Shown one piece after another: positions 10,945 to 23,921 of a DNA stretch of 64,000 nt. The DNA lies in the NCBI RefSeq assembly GCF_026571515.1, contig NW_026862474.1:434001-498000 (forward strand), in the 5' to 3' direction. Position 1 is the first letter of the stretch; each line of letters begins with the position of its first letter. The notes beneath the pieces are model-generated. The model worked only from the letters and a program-made list of their open reading frames with translations. It was not told the origin of the DNA and did not search any database. The DNA is from Ruditapes philippinarum. Its lineage: Eukaryota. The position numbers were made by a program, and so were the translations under genes.

Positions 10945-12848
10945 GTCACAGCAATGGAAAAGATGTTGAAATTCATAAACTGAAAGCACTCTTATAGACA
11001 TGGATGACAATTTTTCATCAATATGGAAGTGCTAATGCAATCTAAATGAGTTGATTTTTTTTCTGTTGAATAATATAAATGCACCCATTTTTTACATATT
11101 TCATTTAGAATATTGTTCAATTAAAATTTTAAGATTCCTTTAAAATTCTAAATTAAGTTTTGCCAATCGAATATACGACAAAAAAAGAATCGAAAATCAA
11201 ATGTTTATACATTTAAAAAATATTTTACATGTCAGTACCAATTCTACTTCAAATCATTTCAAAACTGAAAGTTATAATATCAATGAATTAAACAGGGGGG
11301 GGGGGGGGCTTTTTGCATTATGATCCCCAATAAATTCATTAAATAATGATGCCGATAGATAGTTTTAATCTTGATTACACACTATACATGTACCAATGGT
11401 ATATAATTGCTGCCTAAAAAGCCAAAATCCGATAATCAATGATCTATCGTACGATGATAAAAATAGTTCATCCAAAAAATTCCAATCTGAAAATAAATCA
11501 TACCCTCATTTTTTTGACGTGATTCCGTCTATCAGGTCTTTATCAGGTATATTCTTAATTCATTTTATTCGAAAATGTATATATGTATATATATGCATTC
11601 ATATCCTTGATAAAACATGCATATCGCATTCAAGACAGTAAACGAAGTTTGGTTAAAAAAGAGATATATAAGATATACATGTATACAATTTATATGCATT
11701 TTCCTTGTTTAATTTGAAATTAGATATCATTTTATTCAAATATACTCTGTAATTATATATGCATAAACGTGTTGATCATAATTGTAATCATCCAGGTACG
11801 ATAACAATAGACATAAACCTTTTTCTAAAAATTTGGTTTGAAAATATTTTAATTACTTCATTCTTTAATACATCATCGGTCGAACGAGTTTGAAAAAATA
11901 AATTAAATCAGTCATCAGTTTAGAGATCAAAATTTCGTAACTTCCTGCCAGATTTTATTATTTTGACAATTTTGAAAACAAACATATGATAATTTAGGGT
12001 TAAACAGACAGTATATTTGTATTTCAACGTTAATAACAAGACTTCATTTTATATTCGGAACATGGCGTCACAAAAACTAGGGGACATGCACTTAATGGAT
12101 ATATGTCATGCAGGAGTATGGACATCCTAATGAACACAGACAATTACGTCATCAATTTAAGAACGGATGTGGTTTATTAACATCTTAGATATCTTGAAAT
12201 CTAAAGCGACATACAAATAAACATTTAAAACCCAATAATATAATAATTGTTATGATTTCAGACAGGTGTTAACTTTATAGATTACATTCTTTATCTTAAT
12301 ATGTTGACAATGACAATGACAATGACAATTTATTTATTGATATTGGCCACCGGCCCATTACAACAATATATACATTAAGATATAATTTCTTGACTGGTGT
12401 CAGTACAGATCGATGTAATTCCTAATAATGTTTATATTGAAACACACAGAACTATTGTTGAATAATTTACCAAAATGCGTGTCGTTCTTAACGAAAAACA
12501 AAACATAAGATCTTCACTTATGGCTATTCATTGCAAAATAAGAAAAACATACTATAGCCTTAACATTAAGGGCAATAGTGTTTTGATCAGTCTTGAACTT
12601 TGTACAACATTGCCCGAAATGAAAAGTAAATCCATTTATCACATCACTGTACAAACGTATTCAACACTGAAGTTTCAAAATTGAAAACAACAAACTAATC
12701 AATACCTAAAAGTAACATTCATGATATTATAAGCCTATTCTCAAATATTTTATAATAATAATTTCAAATTTAAGTATCTGTGTTATAACATACAAAATGA
12801 TTCAGAGAATATGATCTCAACAATATAGTAAATATATCCTATTGATTT

Positions 12849-15800
12849 CTAACTGTCAGTATCTGTAATACTTAATATCTCATTTCTCTTTTTGAATGCA
12901 TAATATGCATACATAGCTAAATTTGTTATAACATTATCAGATCGAGAGCACATTAGAACATTAAAGTTATGATTATTAGGATTGTCAAAGAATTTTTTGT
13001 TAATGTATTTTTCTCTAATCAAAGACAACTTTTTACAAACTAAAACAAAATGATATTCATTTCCAATTGCTTCGTGACATAATTTACATATCCTTTGTTC
13101 TCTTAAAATATTCTGGTATCTACCTTTTTCAATTTCTAAATCATGGGAGGACAACCGAAGTTTGGCAAGAGCATTTCTGAATTTTCTAATTGTCACTACT
13201 GTTAAGTAATATTCATGTTCGATATTGCATTTAAACTGTCTATACGCATACAATTTAGAACTATCATTTATAATTGTTTGCCATTCTTGTAGATATTGGT
13301 CCTTTAATTTTTGTACAAAGGAATTTATGAAATAGTCTTCATTATTGACTGTTTGATTATACCAAATGTAGCCAAAACCATTTTTACATAATACATTACG
13401 AATACCAGTACACCAATTAGTTTTCCCTGTACTATCATAAAACAACTGCATAAAATAGCATTTTTTAACTAATCTGTGCTCACCCATTTTGAGTATTTTA
13501 CACCAATATCTTACAGCTCTTTTAGCAGAATTTATAAACATAGGAAATCTCCCACAGTCACCTAGGACACCTGCATTAATTGTTTTTTCTTTCACACATA
13601 AATACCTTTTACATGCATAGTTATGCACTAACTCTGGCTGTACTAACTTGTGTATACCCCATATTTCTGATCCATAAAGTAAAATAGGACTTATTTTTGT
13701 ATCAAAAATATTAAAAAATACTTTTGGGGGTAACTGTCCGTAGTCATATAATTGCGAAAGTATAGAAATAAGTACTCTTTTTGCTTTAGACGCTTGTTCA
13801 CTAGCCATTCTGTTTAAGGACAACTGTTGTGTTAATGTTACACCTACTTAACTAAAATTGCTTACAACTTCACAAATTTGATTATCATAAAACCATTTCT
13901 CGCCTTTCGCTAATTTCCCACCATTCTTAAAAACCATTACTTTTGATTTTACAGGATTAACTTTTACATTTTTTTCATCACAGAAATCTTTTACCAAATT
14001 TAATAACTTCTGAAGGCTAACAACAGTATCTGCAGCTAAGGCCAAATCATCTGCAAATAATAAAGATGATAACTCAGTTGTATCTGGGAACAGCTGGATA
14101 CCTCTGGTTCCACTATTTTCAATTCGTTTAATTAATTCATCAATAAAAACTAAAAATAGAATTGGCGAAGCCATGCAACCTTGTTTTAGACCTATGGGAC
14201 AGCTGAAATATTCAGTAAGCCCTTCATCAGTTCTAACACAAGCTTGCACCGACCGATACATACCAAATATTGCATTATATAATTTACCTTTTACACCGGC
14301 TTGTTTTAAAGCTTGCCAAATATTATGTCTATTTATCAAATCGAAACATTTCATGAAATCAATAAATGCTACATAAAGTTTATCACCTGGCTTTGATAAC
14401 TGTTTGTCAATAACTGCTTGAAGTACATAAACATTATCAATTGTCGAGTAACCTTCTCGGATTCCAGCTTGGGGTTCACTAATTTTATTAAAGATATTAA
14501 TATAAAATGTTAGTCTCCGTGTCAAAATACTAGTATAAATCTTGCTAAATATATTTAAAAGAGAAATACCTCTATAATTATCAGTGGAATTTATATTTCC
14601 CTTTTTATGTATAGTAACAATAATTGCCTTACTCCATGATTCCGGAAAATCACCAATATTGTATAATCTATTAAATATCTTATTAACAAAAGAAATCAAT
14701 AAATCAATACCGTTAATAAAAAATTCTGGAATAATATCATCTTCACCCCCCGAAGTTCCTCTTTTAAGTTCTTTTACAGCCCTTAAGATTTCTTCGTCTG
14801 TAATTTCCGATATAAAAATTGAAAACTCTATATCATTATCTATATGCTCTGGTAAAATTGAATCAATCTCTTCAAAATTTTCATAGTTAATAACATTAAA
14901 TAAAGATTCAAAATGATTTTTCCATTCGTTTAAAGTAATTGAGTTTGAACTACGTGCTTTCTTATTACACATACCTTTAAGTTTATGCCAGAATGATTTT
15001 GTACTATTTGACGAATCTATAAGCTCGTCTAATTGTTTATAGTAAAATTCTTTTTGTTTAAAATTACTCGTCTGTTTAAATGTGTCTTTAGCTGATAAAT
15101 AATTACTCAAATTTTCTTCCGATCTATTTCTCCTAAACATACGAAGTCTGCTATTTTTTAAATACTTTAAAGATTTGCATTCTTTATCAAACCATTTTGG
15201 CTGTATGTTATGATTAATTTTTGACCTTTTTAAACAACAATTGCCGCTGTAATAAAGTACATCATTAAATTTAGATATTATTTCAGTTAATGATTTCGAA
15301 TTATCTACTATTTCTACCATATATTGATTAATAAAATCTGGCGATAAAATCTCTGCCAATTTTTCACGAAAAGTAGTTATATTGGTTTCTGTAAAAATAT
15401 ACCTGTTTCTTTTGGTATGTTTATTAAAAACTTTATTTACTATAGCCCTGTCGATATTTTGACATTCAATTTCAAAACTTAATGGCAAATGCGATGACTC
15501 AGTTCTATGTTCAATATTAAAATCAGTTATGAATTCTAAAATTCTATCCGAAAATAACAAATAATCAATTACACTGCAACCTTGGTGACTAACAAATGTA
15601 AAATCCCCTTTGTTTTGATCTCTACATAACCTTCCATTTGCTATTCGTAACATATACGTTTAACATAATTCTAATAAATCTATACCAAATGTGTTAACTT
15701 TTTTATCACAAGAAATTCTTGGACCTAAAATGTTATCTTCAAAAATATCAGCATATGCATCTATATCAAAAGAATATTTACATGTATACAAACAGTCGCT

Positions 15801-16319
15801 TCTATCAGCTGTTCGTGCATTTAAATCTCCACAGATAATAAGTTCTGCATTGGCATCTTGCATCAAATTAATAATAATGTCTTCTAACATATCAATACCT
15901 TTCCGACTTCTCCCACTATAAAATTGGGAAGATATCGGAGGTAAATATATAAAGCCCATAATTATACTCTTTTCATATTTACAAACATTCTCATCTAATT
16001 TTAGGAACACACCAAAATCACAATAATGAAAGACTCGTGTCACATTCTTGCTAAATGATTTTCTAATAAAAACAACAATACCAGCCATTGCTCTTCCTGC
16101 TAATGCATGTTTTATACCTGATACAATATATAAATCATATTCTGGTAAAAAGGATTCAACATGTGATTGGTCAGTTAGTCAAGTTTCTAAAAATACAACT
16201 ATATCGTATTGATGTAAAAAAGTTTTAAGTTCAGTATCAAATGTCTTATTACAAAAACCTTCTATATTCCAACATAAACAGTTCAAAGATATGTCATTGT
16301 ATGAGCCTCGGCCATTATC
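12849..16319 (-). pseudogene. LINE ORF2 (APE endonuclease, reverse transcriptase, C-terminal CCHC), all in one frame with three premature stops
   Basis: APE motifs CWNIEG, FLET*, ICGDLNAR, SVIDY, SSHLP. RT motifs NYRGISLL, AFIDF, GLKQG, LFADD. C-terminal RICKLC...EYHFVLVC. Stops at 16179-16181 (for W), 15660-15662 and 13848-13850 (for Y). Confidence 0.92.
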
Positions 16320-17636
16320 CTATATATAAGAAACTTCATTTAAACTCTCTGTATCAGTCAACTCGTTGTTCTCAGTAGTCATATTAGTTTGAATGTTTCG
16401 CATAGATAGGTTCCCAATATCGACTCTGGTTTCAGTTACGTCCCTTCTTTTCCCTACTCTGAAGATACGATCACCATTTTCATTTTCAGATTGACTCGAT
16501 TTTGTATTTTTGCCACTATTTTCAAACAATCTCAATTGACCTTTATAAAAATAACCCATTTTCCCCTCGCTTTTAAGTTTATTCAGTTTTTGCCTTTGCC
16601 TTCTCGTCAAGTCATCACTAATTCTGATCCCATTGTTCCGTAGTATATCTCTTCCTTTGAAAATTTTAAACTTATCATCATCAAATCTAAAAGTGACTAG
16701 CACCATGCGACAAATTCCTTCCGCTTTATTACCCTGTCTTGAAACAAATTTCAAATCATCAGGTATCCACGATTCATCAGGACTTGCAACATTAAGCACT
16801 TCTTTAATAACTTTTGATTTCAGACTACCAATAGATTCACTGTTGGTTTCGCTTAAACCAAAAATTCTTAAATTGCTCTTCTTTGCTTCGTGTTCAAGAT
16901 AATCAATGTCATTACCAATTTCTTCAAACTCTTCCATTTTCCGATCAATTTTATCACTAAGGTATTCAACATCTAACTGTAGATTTTCTCTGGTTTCTCT
17001 CAAAAAATCGACTTCACCTTTTAATTTCGACACTTCTTTTTCATACTCACTGTGATACCGTTTAAGTTTAGATAATTCTTTTTTATTTTCGATACATTCA
17101 ATTTTTGTTAAAGCTACATCAGATTTAATTGACAACATTTCTGACTTAACATCATGCAGCTCTCTCATTAAACGATGATCAAGTGCACTAATGGCTTCTA
17201 GTATTCTCGTCTCACTGTCATCAGAAACTGGACCAGGGTTTGATTCAATGTCACCAGAAATCAGTAATAGTTTTCTCTGTATACCTGGGAATAGTGGCCA
17301 AAATGTGAATGGACTGGAGTATGTGCCAAAATCAACTGGCCAAGGAAGAATATTTCCATATATAAGATTTTGAATTTTCTGTGAGTCCACAATAATTTGA
17401 TCTTCTAGCAGTGGACAATTTTCATCCGTGTTGATATAACTATTAAATACCGATAGCACCAAATTTACACACCATAGACATGTAAGAATAACAGTTAAGG
17501 TTGCAAATATTCTGTAATGTTTATCAGAACTTGATGAAGTAGTGTATGGCCTATATCGCTCCTTTTTCAATACTTGCTTGTGACCAGGTTGATATAAACC
17601 AATACGTTCTCTATATGTAATTAAATCAACACCCAT
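16320..17636 (-). CDS. LINE ORF1: hydrophobic N-terminal peptide, 2A-like motif, coiled coil and L1-ORF1p-like RRM/CTD
   Basis: 438-aa ORF with a TM-like stretch (IFATLTVILTCLWCVNLVLSVF), LLLISGDIESNPGP, a heptad-rich E/K region and NLRIFGLSE...ISDDLTRRQR. Confidence 0.85.
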   Translation of the reverse strand: MGVDLITYRERIGLYQPGHKQVLKKERYRPYTTSSSSDKHYRIFATLTVILTCLWCVNLVLSVFNSYINTDENCPLLEDQIIVDSQKIQNLIYGNILPWPVDFGTYSSPFTFWPLFPGIQRKLLLISGDIESNPGPVSDDSETRILEAISALDHRLMRELHDVKSEMLSIKSDVALTKIECIENKKELSKLKRYHSEYEKEVSKLKGEVDFLRETRENLQLDVEYLSDKIDRKMEEFEEIGNDIDYLEHEAKKSNLRIFGLSETNSESIGSLKSKVIKEVLNVASPDESWIPDDLKFVSRQGNKAEGICRMVLVTFRFDDDKFKIFKGRDILRNNGIRISDDLTRRQRQKLNKLKSEGKMGYFYKGQLRLFENSGKNTKSSQSENENGDRIFRVGKRRDVTETRVDIGNLSMRNIQTNMTTENNELTDTESLNEVSYI

Positions 17637-19192
17637 ACTTGTATATATGTTAAAGCTGAGTACATGTTTGGAATTTCCATATCATGTCTTTGTAATGATA
17701 ATTGATTAAGCATATGCGATTGGAAACATTTATATCATACCTGTAACTCAATTTTTTATGGTTTTATATCATAAATATGTTGCTCAAATGAGGATTTATC
17801 AATATTGTAAGTTCCAAAAGCATTATTTGTAAATATATTACCGAATTTATATCTCATTTAAATAGGGAGGCAATTAGAAACTTATTTTCTATAAAGTCTA
17901 AGTCAAATTTTCCAACATAAAATGAATGCATATATTTTAATAATTACATATATTATGTACAAATATTAGCAGTACATTTTTTACATATTCTTCGGTGTTC
18001 GAAAACTCTTTTAGAAGCATAATTATAAACATATATAAAATTTCACTTTAGTGTGGTAATAACATTAATTACAACATAGGCTCTTTAATCAATTTGGAAA
18101 TATGTTTGAAATATTGAATATTTTTAGGGTTACAAAATAATACATTTTTATGGTGTATGATTACAGGTGGAGAACTCGTTCACATAGAGCATATCCTTAA
18201 ATCCCTGAAACTAAGTAAACTAGATGATGCAAAGAAAAAAGACATTTCTAAGGCGAAAGGTAAAACATTTATATCTTTCCATGTGGCGCATAATTGTCTC
18301 TCGAATTCGCACATTAACACCCAATTGAAATAAGAATAATATATTCTTTTCCCTTACAGGAGAAAAGCGGCGTCAGAGATGTGCATGTTGTCAACAAAGA
18401 CGCAGGGAAAAGGTATAATAAACATAACTAGGAAGCGCAATGCTCAATTAGATAGTTAAAATAGTCATTAAAATATCAGAAATCATAATGAGACACATTC
18501 ATTTACATGCTATGCTGCCTTTTAATTGATGCCAATAGTCCATGGAGGCAGATAATTTACTAAAATATGTAGAATCAGTTCTATGAGTGGACTTGATCAT
18601 AAGTTATAACTAGATCTGTTATTTACACAGTGCAATAGTCTCATCAAAGCTGACATTCACTTGACTGAAATACTAGTTGAATTGTAACACAAATCGATCG
18701 ATTGCATTTGAGGATGTAACACTGTAACTTTCACTGATAGGATAAAAATCTTCTCGAACAGGATGACCTTTTTACACTGACTTTAATCATTTTCTTTATA
18801 AATTTAGAAATTACGACGAGAAAGCATCCGAACACCCGCCAATTTCTTACAGAGATTTATCCTTAAAGGTGACAACTTTTAATGCATTTGTCGTTTTATA
18901 TGTATGCTTATGTTATCTTTACTCGTTTTTTATACAACAAAATCTTAGCAATTAATCTTAAAATTATTTACTTTTAAAATAGACATTAAATAATTGATCC
19001 ATTTAAATGTTGTCTTTATATGCATGTAGTGTGTGTAGTGTGACGATTATTGAAGATTGCAGGCCAGTACTTATTAATCATGAAGGGAAAGATCACGATT
19101 TTCGTATATGTAGAAACTAACGGTTATGATTAATTCAATATTCCAATAAACGATATCCGGAATTCGGCAAAGTGGCTTTTTTCAGCTAATCT

Positions 19193-19293
19193 GTAGGTAC
19201 AAACTAACTTTTACCGTTATAGCTTCACGGTGCACTATCCCTCACAAAATATAAGTCAACCTGTTTTAACTGTAAAAGTTTGTTTGTACCTAC
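19193..19293. repeat. ~100-bp fold-back (27-bp inverted arms, 2 mismatches)
   Basis: GTAGGTACAAACTAACTTTTACCGTTA ... TAACTGTAAAAGTTTGTTTGTACCTAC, in the last intron of gene A. Confidence 0.7.
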
Positions 19294-19349
19294 GTTATAA
19301 CAAATATTCTAAATTCCGGAGTTAGTCTATTTAATAAATTTTACTGAAA

Positions 19350-19445
19350 TAATGCACGGAAGGGCAGCTGAGGTCTTCCTGGATCGTCATATGACCTATA
19401 CTGTGTTGTTGCGACGTAAAACGTACTAACAACAACAACTAACAA
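19350..19445 (+). mobile_element. SINE 3' fragment; related copies at ~28065-28160, ~47460-47620 and ~51730-51875
   Basis: Shared blocks gaggtcttc...atatgacctatactgtgt.g.tgcgacgtaaa, followed by an (AAC)n-type tail. The 47460 copy retains the B-box GGTTCAAATCC. Confidence 0.55.
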
Positions 19446-20978
19446 ATATATGGTTACATTCTAACGAAAAGATGTCACATACATGTATCTTTACGTGTTG
19501 TTAACATATTTTTTTATAAAATGCTATATAAGAAAACAACTGTATTTATTGTAGGAAAATGTGACGGGCCTCATGTATGTTATAAGTGTGGCAGTGGAGA
19601 TGATGTGTATGTGTCGATGTGCTGTTGTATAATCATGTGTAATGCATGTGTTGCTGGCGACGAATGTCCTAATTGTACAAAAATGGCTTCTGTCAACATG
19701 AATTAAAATGTTTCATTTCCTTGAAAAATAAAAGATTAAAGCAAATAAATGCGATACTTTGTTATATTTTTTATTATCTACTTCTGTCAAACTACTAAAA
19801 GTGATATTATGTTCAGGTTTTCCGTTGTCAAGTTGAGCTGAACTAGCTATATGTTTTAAAAGGTCGCCTACTATACCAATAATTGATAAAGACAATCGAT
19901 TACGATCATAAAATATAAAAGCCACCTACATACATGTATTTAAAGTCTGCCCACTCATGTTTTACCAATAAATAAACATTTATATAGATAGTACCGTAGG
20001 TCACGAAAGTTATTGATTTTTAAACTACTATAACAAAATATAAAGTTAGTATGACTTATTGTGACTTTTTCCTGTACACTCCCCGTTTACTTTTGAATTG
20101 GAATTAGTGTCACTTACACTAGTTTAAAAAACATGGTACAACCGCCAATATTTCATATACCTCATGACATAACAACTGATGTTTACCTAAATTACTTTTC
20201 GAATATCATTGTTGTCACCTAATATAGTAATTTGTATCTAATAATTATAAAAGTAATTTTTAATACTTTACTTTGTTGAGTCTCGTACATACATTATGAC
20301 ACCGTTATAAGGTTTAAATTACTATATGAAATGTAAGAATATATATCAAAAGAAAGGTGTATATTTCATACAATAAAGTACATTGCCTTATATTTCTATT
20401 TTATAAATAGTTTGTACAACAAAATCAGTGCATTATAACTAAATGTAATTTTTATTATTACACAGTAATCGAATGTTAACCATTTGTACAGAAATGGTCT
20501 TCCATAACCGACATAAGTAATGACGTGATTATTTCCCTTTAGAGTACGCTTTACCTGTGACGTAGTAGAACAAATCTATGAATAGAATTTATAAATTACC
20601 GCTTAGTTAAACTAGTTTATAAGGTAGAATATCCTATCATTTTCTAACACGTTGCAAATATTGACCATGACTTGCACATATATATCGTCAAATTTTGTCA
20701 CATTGTCATTCGCTGCGTTTTCCTATAAAATATATAAATCATAAACAAAAAGATAATGTTTTATAATAGGAGTCTATTCACTTAAATTAAAACATTTACA
20801 AAAGATTATGTTTTAAAAATAGTTAATTGATTGACATTAATTTAAATTAAAAACATTACTCCACATTAAAAAATCTAAAAATTGTTTCCGAATTAAAAAT
20901 CATTAATTAAGCGGATTTAAAAAGTGTCACCAGATTCGAACCGAAAGAAGTTAATAAATTGTATAATAATATATAAAT

Positions 20979-23654
20979 ATGTCGACGGACTATCAAAAGC
21001 ATGCAATTGTAACTGAAGGTAAGTGTATTCTACAAAATGATAAGAATAAAGTATTTATTTCGATAAATGATAGAGTTATAATATAATTCCTTTGTTTAAA
21101 CTATTTGAACTTAAATGCGCTACTTTTTTGTTTAATTAATGTACTTTTTATATCATCAGTAAATATATTAAATAAGACGTCAAGTAGATATATATGCAGC
21201 AAGCGGGAAAATTTAAGTCTTGTTTCTTTTTTTTTTTTCTTTTTTTTATTTGGTTCAATTAAAATTATACAGTTCTGATGATCAACATGTCCCCGAGCGT
21301 CATGGAATTAAAAAAAAAGTTTAACACAATGATACTTCCATGTTTAAATATAGTATTCTTTTTATTTTTATAATTTTTTATTATTTACCAATAATATAAC
21401 TTGCCAATGCGCCAGTCTATATCCTAAAGCAGTGGAATATCCTCTGCTATTAAAAGGGCCGAACAGTTTCGATTGAGGAAATTAGGGTATAATCAGCGCA
21501 ATTCGTTTAATTACCGTAATGCATTTTCAATCGAGTATTGTATCGACGATATATAGAAATTATTTTAACCCCAATGGATTATTTTGGAGCGTCTTTTATG
21601 TGCATCATCAACATATACTTAAATCCAGTGTTATTACAGAACAAGGGGATAAGGAGGACGTTCCTTTGTCACACGGCAGGAATAAATCAAAACAGTTTAC
21701 AAGGAGAATAGACATAGTGTCTTTTCAGAGCACACCACATATGGTTGTCACATCATCAGATAGGAGTATGGTCATTGGAAAGGTAAATTTATTTTTAATT
21801 TGCCATTTTTATTATCTTAAACTTGAACTTGTAAATTATGGTTACTAAGGTAAGTAATCTATCTTTGAGGCAAACCAATTACAAAGAGGAATATCTTTTA
21901 TTATGATATTATATATTTTACACCCATTCAGTGGGTTCAAAGCTGTAAATCAATTTCTTTACTTTTAATGTTCTAACATATTTAAAGTATGTGTTTACAG
22001 GAATTTCCAACATTTTAAGGTATCGCTTACTCTTATTTATCAAAGTCAAGCTCTTCTGTTTTTAATTCCATTTATTATTACATAATTCTGTAGTTTTTTC
22101 TTCTTTTTGACAGCAACATGGACTAGATGTAGATTACCTACTGGACAGTATTCCCGCTCAAAGCTGCCTGACTATGGATTTCCCGAAGGAAAATGTGAAA
22201 CTTGCCATCGACATTTACATTACAAGAAAAGGTAAGTAATATAAAAAAATCAGTGGTGAAAGTCCTTTCATAGATGATGGAAGATTAAGAGATATTTTTT
22301 TGATGAAAGGAAACATCAGATTATTGTGACATGACATTTGCCATACGTAAATAGGATAATGATAATTAAATTACATGTATCTTTAAACTTTATGATAGTC
22401 TCACCTCGAACAAAATATAGTGCAAAGCAAAAACATTTCAGTAGTAAAAGGTTTTTGTTTACCTCCTTTTGTCGATATCGTAGAAAATTTTGTTTTGTCT
22501 CAAACTTTATGTCAAAAATTGGCATATATGCAAAGAAACTGTATATTTTTGACAGGTATTTGAAGTCACAGTCTTTAAACTCCGCATTGCCGTATGCCTT
22601 GCTGTGTACGTCGAAAAACGTCGTCTGATGAATTTTGCGCAAGGGTTTGCGAAAAAATACCGGTACTTTCGTGTGCATATGTAAAGGACCAATGTGATCC
22701 TTTTCTACTGGGTAAATATAAGCATCCAAAATGCAGTAAAGCCTATATATCAACATATAAACGTGCCCTTTACCTGTATATGCGAAGCACACTTTTACAT
22801 ATTAGTCACTATTCAAAACCAATACTTAAATGATTAGCATAAGCTTAAATTTATCACCTTCCTTTTAAGGTAATGTTTATTTCAAGGCGAAAGATTTGTG
22901 TGAAATCTTGTTTGAAATTGAGGAAAATCCAGACAAATTTAGAACACGTTTAACAGCTATGAAAGAACTGAAAACAGATACAATTCAGTGCGAGGAAGAA
23001 GGAAATACGAGTAAGTTGCTGAGAAAAACGTAACTGTCCCTAACATTATGTCCATGATATTAATTTTGTAGAAATGTTTTATTATGAACAGAACAGCTGG
23101 TGCTGTAGGTTTAAACATTATGTTTATGTGATTTACATCAATATCAATACGAGGAAGGTAAGAGAGACTTGAATCTTGAGAAATGAACTTTCCATGATTG
23201 TATTATAAGTGCCTCGGTGAAGGAAGTGTTTCAGACTGTACATCCTCATAAGTACACATCAGAACACAATTTAGAAGCTGTAAATGTTTTATAACCAAAA
23301 CAATTTCATTTCCAAAAGGAAAATAAATACTGTTTTAACATCGTTAATTTTTTCTTGATGTAAAATCTTTACAACATAATGTTGAATACACTAATAAGTA
23401 AATTAAAGATCATTCTTGTCAAATACGCTGTAAAATTTCCATAGCCTGATACTTTTATAAACGATTTGATTTCTTACTTGTTGTGTGTTGCAGATGTTGA
23501 CGAAATATCACGGGAAGAACATTTCACATATGAACAGACCTTGACTTGCCCGATATGTATACAAGAAGAGGAAACTATGTTATTATACGCATATCAACAT
23601 TTCATGTGTTGCCAGTACTGCAGTTTGGGTTTTTATGAAGAACATGGCTATTAG
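20979..23654 (+). CDS. IAP-derived gene B (~200 aa; eroded BIR, UBA, partial RING). Model: join(20979..21018, 21640..21782, 22114..22231, 22870..23010, 23494..23654)
   Basis: All junctions are GT/AG with phases 1,0,1,1, identical to the intact IAP. UBA exon: DYLLDSIPAQSCLTMDFPKENVKLAIDIY. 141-nt exon: FKAKDLCEILFEIE. Last exon: CPIC...AYQHFMCCQYC, lacking the third Cys and the final CPxC. Confidence 0.75.
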
Positions 23655-23764
23655 TTTTTTCCATATATTTGTGCATACCTACGTCGATAACTACAGGGGA
23701 ACAATATGATTTATCCATGACTGAAGAGAAGGGTCCCAAATTTGTATAAAAACATTCCCATGTT

Positions 23765-23921
23765 CATATATTTTTATCTAAAAATGAGTCCGATTTTTAT
23801 GACTGAAAAAACAAAAACATACTAGTTTTTCAAAAACGAACCCCAACATATATTTTTATCTAAAAAGAGTCCGATTTTTATTACTGAACAAAAGCATACT
23901 AGTTTTTCAAAAACGAATCCT
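23765..23921. repeat. Two-copy ~82-bp tandem duplication downstream of gene B
   Basis: catatatttttatctaaaaa.gagtccgattttta...catactagtttttcaaaaacgaa occurs twice. Confidence 0.7.

Larger units (their letters stand above)
12306..17644 (-). mobile_element. Near full-length non-LTR retrotransposon (APE-RT LINE; RTE-X-like, clade call tentative), inactivated by nonsense mutations
   Basis: ORF1 17636-16320 and ORF2 16319-12849. (ATTGTC)n 3' tail after AATAAA at ~12306-12338. Candidate 7-bp TSD ATATGTT at 12299-12305 and 17645-17651. Confidence 0.93.
12062..19706 (+). pseudogene. IAP-derived gene A (no BIR; UBA-like exon split by the LINE; C-terminal all-Cys RING variant)
   Basis: Phase-compatible exons 18167-18259, 18360-18412, 18808-18868 and 19555-19706 end in CYKC-x10-CCC-x3-CNAC-x5-CPNC. 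The putative upstream exons are 12062-12115 and 12262-12305 joined to 17652-~17724 once the LINE is removed, giving TGVNFIDYILYLNMLKLSTCLEFPYHVFVMIID*. Its DY..FP..ID spacing is the same as in the UBA exon of paralog B. Confidence 0.6.

Noticed and set aside
11295-11308. Poly-G run as a G-quadruplex element
   Set aside because: It is an isolated homopolymer with no supporting context, and its length is unreliable in assemblies.
8465-17373. Antisense and alternate-frame ORFs over the cGLR and LINE (likewise 41970-43542 over pol)
   Set aside because: These are shadow ORFs of real coding sequence with no motifs of their own.
21273-21345. Extra coding exon of gene B (DDQHVPERHG resembles DKEDVPLSHG)
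   Set aside because: That frame is phase-incompatible with exon 1 and hits a stop. No convincing donor was found.
22316-22833. Overlapping 61-158 aa ORFs on both strands
   Set aside because: They lie inside an intron of gene B with no recognisable domain. Probably a transposon remnant, but I could not define its ends.
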